Below, in pieces: positions 21,609 to 32,378 of a stretch of DNA of 64,000 nt. The notes beneath the pieces were generated by a model, which saw nothing but the letters and a program-made list of their open reading frames with translations, ran no database searches and was not told the origin of the DNA. Within the stretch, counting starts at the first letter, position 1; every line of letters starts with the position of its first letter. The DNA is taken from assembly GCA_046726415.1 (NCBI GenBank), contig JBKPAK010000112.1, positions 2,334 through 66,333 on the forward strand. The letters are read 5' to 3'. A program made the translations under genes and the position numbers. The stretch comes from Candidatus Methylomirabilota bacterium. Its GTDB lineage: Bacteria; Methylomirabilota; Methylomirabilia; Rokubacteriales; CSP1-6.

Positions 21609-23425
21609 ACCGGCTCAGGGATGTCCTGGCCCTGGTGCTGATCCTCGCCCCACGCGTTGCCCAGGCGCCGCCCGCCGCTCCTACGCCGGCCGGCAACCTG
21701 TCCGTGCCGGTGAGCCGGGCACCATTCACGCCCTCGGGAAGCTCGCCGGGCCCGCGGCTCTCGTCGGACGCGTCAGCGCCCGAACTCCGCACCGGGGGAC
21801 CGCGATTCATCTCGCTCGACTTCAAGGACGCCGACATCGTGAACGTCATGAGAATCCTGGCCGCAGAGAGCGGCAAGAACATCGTCATGTCCGACGACGT
21901 CAAGGGCAAGATCTCCATCGCGCTGCGCAACGTCCCGTGGGAGCAGGCGCTCGACACGATCCTCGAAGCCAAGGGCCTCGAGAGGATCGAACGCGACGGC
22001 GTCATCAGGATCGTCTCGAGCGAGCAGTTGCTGAAGGAGCGGGAGGCCAAGGCCCGCGCCGAGGAAGCCAAGCGAAAGGCCGAGGTAGAGATACGCGCCA
22101 AGGAAGCCGAGGCGCGGGCCAAGGAGATCGAGGCACAAGCCAAGCAGCAGGAGGCCCAGCGCAAGCGACAGCAGGCGGAGGACGAAGCGAAGGAGACAGC
22201 GGCGCGAGGACCACTCATGGAGGCCACGGTCCGCCTCTATTACGCGGACGCCGACGAAGTCGCAAAGACGCTGCAGGGTCTTCTCGGCATCGGGGCCGAG
22301 GACGCCGCGAGAAAGAGAGATGTCGCCACCGGTCCACCGGTCATTCCCGAGCCGCCATTCTCGGCCCTGTTCGGGCCTCCGCCCGTTCCGCCGCTGCCGG
22401 GACCGGTACCGCCGGAAGTATTCGAGAAGCGGCTCACCATCCGCGCCTATAAACCCACGAACACCCTGTTTCTGCGGCTGTACCAGGCGGACATCGAACG
22501 GATCCGAACGCTCATCCGCGAGTCGATCGACATCCCGGTGCCTCAAGTGAAGATCGAGGCGCGGATGGAGATCCTAGAGCGCAGCGCGCTCGAGCAGATC
22601 GGCGTCCAGTGGGGCGGCTTCGTGGCACAGAACGCCGGCTCGCAAACTCTCGTCGGTCAGGGGTTCAATCCCGGCGACCTCTTTCGAGGCGGAATCCCCG
22701 TCCAGGGCTTGAGCCCGGCAAATACTGCTCTCACTCTCTCCCAGGGGCTTCCGATCAGCGCGCTCACGGGACTCCCCTTGGGCGGCAACATCGTGAACCT
22801 TCCCATCGGCACGCTGCCCACCCAGGGACCGCTCCCCACGACGGGCATCGCCTTCGGCATCGTCGGGACCAACCTCAACGTGAACCTGGCCCTGCAGGCC
22901 CTCGCCGAGCAGGGCAAGACCCGCACCCTCGCTCGTCCCGAGATCGTGACGGTCGAGAACAGCCTGGCCTCGATTGAGCTCGGCGAGGAGATTCCCTATA
23001 CCACGGTCAGCGCCGCGGGAACGCAGATCCAGTTCAAAAAGGCGGCCCTCAAGCTCGACGTGACGCCCACCGTGGTCAAGGAAGTCGATGATAGCAAGAT
23101 CAGGATGGTGGTGATCGTGGAGAACAACTCGCGGGGCGATGTCGTGAATCTCGGAAGCGCCGGCACGCCACCCGCCATCAACACGCGCAAGGCCATCACC
23201 CAAGTCCTGATCAAGGAGGGAGAGCGCCTCGTCATCGGGGGCATTGCTCGAACGGAGGTGCGCAACAACGTCCGCAAGGTGCCGGTGCTCGGCGATATCC
23301 CGATCCTGGGCGCACTCTTTCGGATCTCCGAGAACTTCGAGCAAGGCCGTGAGCTGGTGGTCTTCCTGACCCCTAGCGTGCTGCGCCAGGCGGTGCCGCC
23401 GAAGTCTGTTCATCCTCCCCGCTAG
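21593..23425 (+). CDS. pilQ: type IV pilus secretin PilQ
   Basis: Signal peptide (TTG start) MSLPHHRLRDVLALVLILAPRVAQA; secretin N domains; C-terminal secretin domain ...VPVLGDIPILGALFR...VVFLTPSVL; 60-aa Lys/Glu/Ala-rich coiled-coil insert. Confidence 0.9.
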   Translation: MSLPHHRLRDVLALVLILAPRVAQAPPAAPTPAGNLSVPVSRAPFTPSGSSPGPRLSSDASAPELRTGGPRFISLDFKDADIVNVMRILAAESGKNIVMSDDVKGKISIALRNVPWEQALDTILEAKGLERIERDGVIRIVSSEQLLKEREAKARAEEAKRKAEVEIRAKEAEARAKEIEAQAKQQEAQRKRQQAEDEAKETAARGPLMEATVRLYYADADEVAKTLQGLLGIGAEDAARKRDVATGPPVIPEPPFSALFGPPPVPPLPGPVPPEVFEKRLTIRAYKPTNTLFLRLYQADIERIRTLIRESIDIPVPQVKIEARMEILERSALEQIGVQWGGFVAQNAGSQTLVGQGFNPGDLFRGGIPVQGLSPANTALTLSQGLPISALTGLPLGGNIVNLPIGTLPTQGPLPTTGIAFGIVGTNLNVNLALQALAEQGKTRTLARPEIVTVENSLASIELGEEIPYTTVSAAGTQIQFKKAALKLDVTPTVVKEVDDSKIRMVVIVENNSRGDVVNLGSAGTPPAINTRKAITQVLIKEGERLVIGGIARTEVRNNVRKVPVLGDIPILGALFRISENFEQGRELVVFLTPSVLRQAVPPKSVHPPR

Positions 23426-23480
23426 TCGCCGAACGCGCGGCGATCCTGGCGTGCTACTCTAAGCTTCGGCGGTCACTCCG

Positions 23481-24575
23481 ATGGTCATTCCTGTTCGCCT
23501 GGGCTCGCAGTCCTATACGATCGTCGTGGAGCGCGGGGCTCTGCCCCGCCTCGCCGAGCATCTGCGCGCTCTCCGCGTGGGTCGGCGCGTGGCCCTCGTG
23601 AGCTCGCCTCAAATTATCCGGCTCCACGGCAAGCTGGTCGCCGATCGGCTCCGCGAGGCAGGATTCGAAGTGAGCGTCGCCGAGGTTCCCGACGGCGAGG
23701 CCGCCAAACAGCTTGCGGTGGCCGAACGGTGCTGGGACTCGCTCCTCCAGGCCGGGCTGGATCGCACGTCGACCGTGCTGGCGCTGGGCGGGGGGGCCGT
23801 CGGCGACGTGGCGGGCTTCGTGGCCGCCACCTACATGCGCGGAGTGAACTTCGTGCAGCTTCCCACCACGGTGCTCGCTCAGGTCGATGCCTCCATCGGC
23901 GGCAAGACCGCCATCGACCATCCGAAGGCCAAGAATCTGATCGGCGCTTTCCATCAGCCGCGCCTCGTCGTGGTGGATCCCCTGACCATCGACACCTTGC
24001 CCGGGCGTGATTTCCGCTCCGGACTGGCTGAGGTCGTCAAGCACGGCGCGGTGCTGGACGCCTCCTACTTCGCGCTCCTGGAGCGCGAGACGGCATCCAT
24101 CCTCGCGCGTGATCCAGCCATTCTGGAGGACGTCATCGGCGGGTCGTGCCGTCTCAAGGCCGGCGTCGTCGAGCGCGACGAGCGCGAATCCGACCTCCGC
24201 GCGGTGCTGAATTACGGACACACGCTCGGGCACGCCCTCGAAGCCTCCAGCGGCTATGCACGCTGGACGCATGGCGAGGCGGTGGCGCTCGGGATGGTGG
24301 GGGAAGCGCGTCTGGCCCGACGGCGCGGCTTGGCTTCCGACGAGACGGTGGCTCGCCAGGAGCGATTGCTGGAGGCACTGGGCTTGCCGGTCCGCGCACC
24401 GGGCATCGCTGTGGACACCGTCATGGAAGCGATGAGCCACGACAAAAAGGCCAAGGATGGGCGGATTCCCTTCGTGCTCGCGCCGGAGATTGGCCGCTTT
24501 CGAGTTGAGTACGACATCCCGCGCGACGACGTGCGGGCCGTGCTCGAGGGGCTCCAGACGCCCGCCGCGCATTGA
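23481..24575 (+). CDS. aroB: 3-dehydroquinate synthase
   Basis: GGGAVGDVAGFVAATYMRGVNFVQLPTTVLAQVDASIGGKTAIDHP, HGEAVALG motifs; classic pilQ-aroB synteny. Confidence 0.93.
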   Translation: MVIPVRLGSQSYTIVVERGALPRLAEHLRALRVGRRVALVSSPQIIRLHGKLVADRLREAGFEVSVAEVPDGEAAKQLAVAERCWDSLLQAGLDRTSTVLALGGGAVGDVAGFVAATYMRGVNFVQLPTTVLAQVDASIGGKTAIDHPKAKNLIGAFHQPRLVVVDPLTIDTLPGRDFRSGLAEVVKHGAVLDASYFALLERETASILARDPAILEDVIGGSCRLKAGVVERDERESDLRAVLNYGHTLGHALEASSGYARWTHGEAVALGMVGEARLARRRGLASDETVARQERLLEALGLPVRAPGIAVDTVMEAMSHDKKAKDGRIPFVLAPEIGRFRVEYDIPRDDVRAVLEGLQTPAAH

Positions 24576-25254
24576 CTCCGGCGGTGCGCGTTGTCGAGAC
24601 CTCGCCATAGCATCCGACGATGCTCCCCTCACGGAGGACCCGGCACTGGCCAACGCGATCCGCCGTCAGGAAGAACGCCTGGCGCGGGACCCGACGTCTC
24701 TCGTCTTCGCCCAGCTCGCGGAGCTCTATCGCCGCGCGGGGCGGGTCGCCGACGCCATCGCCTGCTGCCGCGAGGGGCTCTCGCGCCATCCGCGCGACAC
24801 CGAGGGCCGGTTGATCCTGGCGCGAGCCCTCGCCGACGAAGGGCAGTTCGACGCGGCCATCGCCCAGACGCGGGCCATCCTCGCGCTGAGCCCCAAGGAC
24901 GTCCAGGGTCACCGGGTGATGGCCGAGATCGCGCGTCGCCAGGGCGACATCGACACCGCCGTGCACCACCTCGAGGAGGTAGTTGTCCTCGATGCGCACG
25001 ATCGGGCGTCGCGCGCGTTGCTCGGTCTGCTGCGGGCGGATCCGGGAATGCGCAGCGAGGGCAGCGGCCTCGTCCGGGTGCTGAGCGACGATACGTTTGT
25101 CACGATTGCCTTCGGTGCCCTGTGCCTGGACCAGGGCTTGGCGGAGGAAGCGGCGCACATCTTCACCCGACTCCTCAGGCGAGATCCCCACCACGTGGAG
25201 GCGCGCGAGGGCCTGGAACGGGCGCTGCGCGCGCGCTTCCGCCGGAAAGGCTAG
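24457..25254 (+). CDS. TPR-repeat protein; start uncertain (no ATG after aroB stop, ORF overlaps aroB by up to 119 nt)
   Basis: TPR-like helices LAELYRRAGRVADAIACCREGLSRHP..., LARALADEGQFDAAIAQTRAIL...; in-frame TTG candidates at 24490 and 24505. Confidence 0.5.
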   Translation: MGGFPSCSRRRLAAFELSTTSRATTCGPCSRGSRRPPRIDSGGARCRDLAIASDDAPLTEDPALANAIRRQEERLARDPTSLVFAQLAELYRRAGRVADAIACCREGLSRHPRDTEGRLILARALADEGQFDAAIAQTRAILALSPKDVQGHRVMAEIARRQGDIDTAVHHLEEVVVLDAHDRASRALLGLLRADPGMRSEGSGLVRVLSDDTFVTIAFGALCLDQGLAEEAAHIFTRLLRRDPHHVEAREGLERALRARFRRKG

Positions 25255-25260
25255 ATCGTC

Positions 25261-25826
25261 ATGCAGGTTTCCACCGCGGAGTTCAAGAAAGGGTTGCGGA
25301 TCGTCTTCGACGGGCAGCCCTACGCCATCGTCGACTTCCAGCATGTCAAGCCCGGCAAAGGCGGGGCCTTCGTGCGGACCAAGCTCAAGCACATGAAGCA
25401 GGGCCGGGTCATTGACAACACCTTTCGCTCGGGTGAGAAGGTCGAGCTGGTCGACTTCGAAGAGAAGCACATGCAGTATCTCTATCGGGACGATCGCTAT
25501 CACTTCATGGATACGGAGAGCTACGAGCAGGTCTCGCTGTCCGCGGACGAAGTGAGCGACGCCCGCGACTACTTGAAGGAGAACACCGAGGTCGACCTGC
25601 TGTACATCGATGGTGCGCCGGCGGCCATCGAGCTACCGAACTTCGTGGAGCTGGCGATCAGTAAGACGGATCCCGGCGTGCGGGGCGACACCGCCCAGGG
25701 AGGCAGCAAACCGGCCACCCTCGAAACGGGTGCGATCGTCCACGTTCCCCTCTTTCTCAACGAAGGCGATGTCGTCAGGGTCGATACTCGGACCGGCGAG
25801 TACCTCGGCCGCGTCAGCAGCGCGTG

Positions 25827-25827
<1 letters not shown>
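25261..25827 (+). CDS. efp: elongation factor P
   Basis: [43 protein letters not shown] canonical EF-P with KPGKG loop. Confidence 0.95.
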
Positions 25828-26309
<482 letters not shown>

Positions 26310-26421
26310 CGGCCTCGGCGGGGCACAGAAAAGACGGGTGACCTCACCGCCGATCGGCCGACCGATCTATTTCAGCCCGCGGGACCGGCGGGGCACGGGC
26401 CGGCGATAGCGCGGGCGGCCG

Positions 26422-27819
<1,398 letters not shown>

Positions 27820-27886
27820 CCTCCAGCATGAGGCGCTGATGCGCGCCGTCATCGATCAACTACCGTTGACCAGGAGGGTATGACCA

Positions 27887-28633
27887 ATGAGCGCGCGGAG
27901 CCGGATCGGCGTCATGGGGCCTTCGACCAACACCACCTTCGAGGGTGACTTCCAGCTGGTGGCCCCGCCCGGCGTGACCATCCACGGCCAGCGGCTCTGG
28001 CTCACCAACGACGCGGCCGGCGCCCCGGGAATGGACCGCATGAACGCTGAGGTCGAAGCCGGTGCCCGCTACCTCGCGACGGCCAAGGTAGATGTCGTCG
28101 CCTACGGCTGCACGACCGGCAGCTTCTATCGCGGGCCGGGCTGGGACCGCGACATGATCGATCTGATCCAGCGCGCGGCCGGCGTTCCCGCAGTGGCCAC
28201 CAGCCCCTCGGTGGTAGAAGCGCTGCGCTTCTTCGGCGCGCGGACGATCTCCGTGGCGACGCCCTATCCCGACTGGAACAACCGCCAGCTTCGCGCCTAC
28301 CTCGAGGCGCTCGGCTTCACCGTTCTCAACGTGGAGGGCGAGCCCCGCGCCGCCGCCTCGGGCAATCAGGGCATCAACGATTTCGAACCGGCAGACGTGG
28401 TCAGGTTCGCTCCTCGGGTGTGCCGACCCGAAGCCGACGCGCTTCTCTGCTCCTGCACCGCATGGCGCGCGATGGAGGCGGTGGCCGAGCTGGAGCGGCG
28501 CACCGGTAAGCCCGTGGTGACGTCCAACCAGGCGAGCGTCTGGGCAGCCTACCGCGCGCTGAGGCTCACCGCGAAGATCACGGGCTTCGGCCGGCTCCTG
28601 GAAAGCCTGGCGGGGGCGACCGCGGCGTCCTGA
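27887..28633 (+). CDS. Asp/Glu/hydantoin racemase superfamily protein (HyuE / maleate isomerase / arylmalonate decarboxylase-like)
   Basis: Two-Cys architecture VVAYGCTTGSF (about residue 75) and LLCSCTAWRAM (about residue 190) characteristic of PF01177-type enzymes; sits upstream of LIV-type importer and hydantoinase locus. Confidence 0.7.
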   Translation: MSARSRIGVMGPSTNTTFEGDFQLVAPPGVTIHGQRLWLTNDAAGAPGMDRMNAEVEAGARYLATAKVDVVAYGCTTGSFYRGPGWDRDMIDLIQRAAGVPAVATSPSVVEALRFFGARTISVATPYPDWNNRQLRAYLEALGFTVLNVEGEPRAAASGNQGINDFEPADVVRFAPRVCRPEADALLCSCTAWRAMEAVAELERRTGKPVVTSNQASVWAAYRALRLTAKITGFGRLLESLAGATAAS

Positions 28634-28675
28634 GCGGCGGTCCACCACTGCGAGTCGGCAAGACGGATCACCTGC

Positions 28676-28706
28676 TTGACCGAAGGTGCACGAGGGTCGC
28701 TATAAT
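28676..28706 (+). promoter_or_regulatory. candidate sigma-70 promoter for the LIV-type transporter operon: -35 TTGACC (28676-28681), -10 TATAAT (28701-28706)
   Basis: Perfect TATAAT 45 nt upstream of the SBP ATG; 19-nt spacer is at the long end of the usual range. Confidence 0.3.
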
Positions 28707-28751
28707 GCGCCCCAAAACCCGACCCACCGTGCCAGCAAGGAGGGTGTATCC

Positions 28752-29948
28752 ATGAACCTGTTGCATTTGGCGCTCGCGTCAGTGGTGGCCCTCGCGCTGG
28801 TCGCCGGCCCCGCCGTCACCATGCTCGATGCTCAGAGCAAGGGCACCGTCAAAATCGCCACCCAGAGTCCGCTCAGCGGAGGTCAGGCCGCCCTCGGCGA
28901 GGGCATCAAGCTCGGCGCCCAGCTCGCCATCGACAAGTTCAAAGGCAATCTCGAGAAAGCCGGCTTCAAAGTCGAGCTGGTCCCCTTCGACGATCAGGCC
29001 AAGCCTGACGTCGGGGTGGCCAACGCCAAGAACATCACCGCCGACAAGGACATCCTGACCGTCATCGGCCACCTCAATTCGGGAGTAGCTATCCCGTCGT
29101 CGGAGGTTTACAAGGAAGTCAACCTCGCCATGATCTCGCCGGCCAACACGAATCCGACCGTCACCGACCGCGGCTACCCGAACGTGAACCGGGTGTGTGG
29201 CCGCGATGACGTCCAGGGCGTGGTCGGCTCGGAGTTCGCCAAGACGACGGTGAATGCGAAGAGCGCGTACATTGTCCACGACAAGACCACCTACGGGCAG
29301 GGCGTGGCGGAGTTCTTCAAGACCGACGCCGAAAAGAAGGGCATCAAGGTGCTCGGCTTCGAAGGCACCGAAGAGAAGTCCAACTTCGATCCCATCATCA
29401 CGCCCATCAAAGCCAAGAATCCCGATCTCGTCTACTTCGGTGGCATCTACGATCAGGGCGCCCCTTTCTTCAAGCAGGCCCGAGAGAAGGGCCTGAAGGG
29501 CAAGTTCATGGGGCCGGATGGCATGGACTCCTCTGATCTCACGAAGATCGCCGGCAAGGCGGTGGTCGGCATGTACTACACGTCGGCGGCCGGACCGGCC
29601 TCGGCGCTGCCGAAGGCCAAGCAGTTCGTCGAGGACTTCAAGAAGAAGTTCGGGAAGAACCCTGAGCCATACGCCGCCGAGGCCTACGACGCCACCGCCA
29701 TCGCCCTGAAGGCGGTCGAGATGGCAGCGAAGGGCGGCAAGGCGCCCACCCGTGAAGACGTGTCGACGGCGATCCGCAAGGTGAAATACGACGGGATCAC
29801 CGGCGAGATCGAATTCGACAGCAAAGGCGATCGCAAGAAGGCCCTCTACTTCGTGCTGCAGGTGGTCAACGACAACCCCGAGAAGTGGGGAGACAACAAG
29901 ATCGTCAAGCAGCTGACCATCGCGCCGCCCGCGACGGCGAAGAAGTAG
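28752..29948 (+). CDS. ABC transporter substrate-binding protein, branched-chain amino acid (LivJ/K) family
   Basis: Signal peptide MNLLHLALASVVALALVAGPAVTMLDA; PBP type-I fold motifs; strong SD aaggagggtg 6 nt upstream of ATG 28752 (track ORF start 28686 rejected). Confidence 0.85.
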   Translation: MNLLHLALASVVALALVAGPAVTMLDAQSKGTVKIATQSPLSGGQAALGEGIKLGAQLAIDKFKGNLEKAGFKVELVPFDDQAKPDVGVANAKNITADKDILTVIGHLNSGVAIPSSEVYKEVNLAMISPANTNPTVTDRGYPNVNRVCGRDDVQGVVGSEFAKTTVNAKSAYIVHDKTTYGQGVAEFFKTDAEKKGIKVLGFEGTEEKSNFDPIITPIKAKNPDLVYFGGIYDQGAPFFKQAREKGLKGKFMGPDGMDSSDLTKIAGKAVVGMYYTSAAGPASALPKAKQFVEDFKKKFGKNPEPYAAEAYDATAIALKAVEMAAKGGKAPTREDVSTAIRKVKYDGITGEIEFDSKGDRKKALYFVLQVVNDNPEKWGDNKIVKQLTIAPPATAKK

Positions 29949-30189
29949 GGCCGCGACTCGACGGATTCCGGTGGCGAGGCCGGCGGGCCCCCCTCGGAGG
30001 CCTCAGACGTCCATGAGCATGGGGGGCCCCGACCTGGCCCCTCATCTCCCCCTACGCTCGGAGCGTCACGGCGCGGCCGAGACGCTCCTCGGCACCTCTC
30101 CCATCCTCGGCGCGCCCCGGCGCAGCCGTGACGCTCCTCGAGACCGCCATCGCGTGGGGCGCCCGTTCGCTGGCCGCGGCGCTTAGCCC

Positions 30190-31161
30190 ATGGACATTGG
30201 GCTGCTCGTCGGCGTCTTCCCCCAGGTCCTCCTCGACGGCATCATCCTCGGCTTCATGTACGCTCTCATCGCGCTGGGTTATACGATGGTGTACGGCGTC
30301 CTGGAATTCATCAACTTCGCGCACTCCGAGATCTTCGTGGTGGGGGCTTTCGTGGGCGTGGAGATTCTCCTCGGGATGAAGGGCGCCGGCCTTCTGGAGA
30401 ACGTCCCGTGGCCCTTCCTGCTCTTGCTCATCCTCGTGGCCGGTATGACCGTCAGCGGTCTCCTCGCCGTCACGGTGGAGCGCGTAGCCTACCGTCCCCT
30501 GCGTGCCTCCCCCCGCCTGATCCCCCTCATCTCGGCCATCGGCGTGTCCTTCTTCCTCCAAGACGTCGTGCGCCTCGTCGAGTCCATCTGGCGCAATGCC
30601 TTCAACCTCGTGTACCCGACCATCGATGCTCTCGACGTGCGCTTCGAGCTGACGCCCACCATCGACATCTCGGTGAAGGCGCTCGTGGTCATTGCCGGCG
30701 CCCTGGCGATGCTGTGGGTGCTGCACCTCGTCGTCAATCGCACCAAGATCGGCATGGCCATCCGCGCGGTGGCCGAGGATCAGTCCGCCGCGAGCCTCAT
30801 GGGCATCAACGTCAATCGCATCATCTCGCTCACGTTCCTGATCGGCGGAGCCATGGGCGGTGCGGCTGGGGTGCTCTTCGGCGTGCAGTACGGACTCATC
30901 AATCCCTATACCGGGTTCATTCCCGGACTCAAAGCCTTTACCGCGGCCGTCCTGGGTGGGATCGGGAACATCCCGGGAGCGATGATCGGTGGTCTGGTCC
31001 TCGGGTTACTCGAGGCTTTCGCCGCCTCGTATCTCTCGCTCCTGACTGGCGGCGCCTTCGGCGCGGAATACAAGGATATCTTCGCGTTTTCGATTCTCAT
31101 CCTCATCCTGATTTTCCGCCCCAAGGGCCTGCTCGGCGAAGTCGTTCGGGAGCGGGCATGA
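30190..31161 (+). CDS. livH: ABC transporter permease, LivH family
   Basis: MDIGLLVGVFPQVLLDGIILGFMYALIALGYTMVYGV... typical LivH. Confidence 0.88.
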   Translation: MDIGLLVGVFPQVLLDGIILGFMYALIALGYTMVYGVLEFINFAHSEIFVVGAFVGVEILLGMKGAGLLENVPWPFLLLLILVAGMTVSGLLAVTVERVAYRPLRASPRLIPLISAIGVSFFLQDVVRLVESIWRNAFNLVYPTIDALDVRFELTPTIDISVKALVVIAGALAMLWVLHLVVNRTKIGMAIRAVAEDQSAASLMGINVNRIISLTFLIGGAMGGAAGVLFGVQYGLINPYTGFIPGLKAFTAAVLGGIGNIPGAMIGGLVLGLLEAFAASYLSLLTGGAFGAEYKDIFAFSILILILIFRPKGLLGEVVRERA

Positions 31162-32378
31162 TCCGGTCGGGCCTGGCGGTGGCCGCCCTCGCCATCTCGG
31201 TGGCCGCCGTGGCGATTTTCCCGCGCTCCGTCCTCGCCTTCCTGCTCTTCCAGGGCTCGCTGCTGGGCATCTACCTTGCGCGTATGCCCGGCTGGTTGCG
31301 CGGTGCGTTCTTCGCCGTGGCTCTCCTGGTGATGATGCCGATCATCGGCTCGTACAACGGCTACTACTTGGAGATCGCCACCCAGGTCGGGATCTTCGTG
31401 GCTCTCGCGCTTGGCCTCAACATCGTGGTGGGGCTGGCCGGCCTACTGGACCTCGGCTACGTGGCCTTCTTCGCCGTCGGCGCGTACACGTGGGCGATAT
31501 TCGGCTCGCCGCAGGCCAACCAGATGTTCGGGAGCGGCTTCCCTCTTGCGCCTGGATGGTTCTATGTCTTCCTGGCCTTTGGTCTTCTGACCGCCGCCAC
31601 CTGCGGCATCATCCTCGGCCTGCCGGTGCTGCGCCTGCGCGGCGACTACCTCGCCATCGTCACCCTCGGCTTCGGTGAGGTGATCCGCGTGCTCGCCAAC
31701 AACCTCGACAAGCCCATCAACATCACCAATGGCCCCAAAGGCATCACTCCCATCGTGCGCCCCCCCGCCCCGTTCGGACTCTCCTACGGCGAGTTCTTCT
31801 ACTTCCTCGTGCTGGCCATCGTTGTCGTGGTCATTCTGGTCAACCGCCGGCTCGCCGACTCGCACATCGGCCGGGCCTGGGAGGCCATGCGCGAAGACGA
31901 GCTCGCCGCGCAGGCCATGGGGGTCCCGCTCGTACGGGCCAAGCTCCTGGCGTTCGCCTGCGGGGCGTCGTTCGCCGGGGTGATGGGGGTGGTGTTCGCC
32001 TCGAAGCAGGTCTTCATCAATCCGGAGTCGTTCACCTTCCTGGAGTCCATCGGCGTGCTGGCCATGGTGATCCTCGGGGGTATGGGTTCCATTCCCGGCG
32101 CCGTCCTGGGGGCCACGGTGGTGACCGTCTTGAACCTCCAGGTTCTGAAGGGTTTCTCGCTCTGGCTCAACGAGTTGAAGAATGCCGGAGTCGCCGTCCT
32201 CGGATTCAACCTGGCCGACCTCCCCACTCAGTTCGAGCCGGCCAAGTACGAGCGCATGATCTTCGGCCTCATCCTAGTACTCATGATGATCTTCCGGCCG
32301 CAGGGCATCCTGCCCGCTCAGCGGCGTCAGCGCGAGCTCGCCCGGGGCAGTGCCGCGCCCGACCCTTCCGCGCCGTGA
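31158..32378 (+). CDS. livM: ABC transporter permease, LivM family
   Basis: ATG 31158 overlapping livH stop (ATGA); ...GLLDLGYVAFFAVGAYTWAIF... LivM motifs; track ORF 30408 start rejected. Confidence 0.88.
   Translation: MIRSGLAVAALAISVAAVAIFPRSVLAFLLFQGSLLGIYLARMPGWLRGAFFAVALLVMMPIIGSYNGYYLEIATQVGIFVALALGLNIVVGLAGLLDLGYVAFFAVGAYTWAIFGSPQANQMFGSGFPLAPGWFYVFLAFGLLTAATCGIILGLPVLRLRGDYLAIVTLGFGEVIRVLANNLDKPINITNGPKGITPIVRPPAPFGLSYGEFFYFLVLAIVVVVILVNRRLADSHIGRAWEAMREDELAAQAMGVPLVRAKLLAFACGASFAGVMGVVFASKQVFINPESFTFLESIGVLAMVILGGMGSIPGAVLGATVVTVLNLQVLKGFSLWLNELKNAGVAVLGFNLADLPTQFEPAKYERMIFGLILVLMMIFRPQGILPAQRRQRELARGSAAPDPSAP

Noticed and set aside
30408-31157. 5' extension of the LivM ORF (656-aa track ORF) and similar extensions of PotC-like (43071), PilT (12144), PilD (15344), DLH (53183) ORFs
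   Set aside because: Extensions overlap the upstream gene in another frame; starts trimmed to the Met/Val that matches family N-termini and abuts the previous stop.
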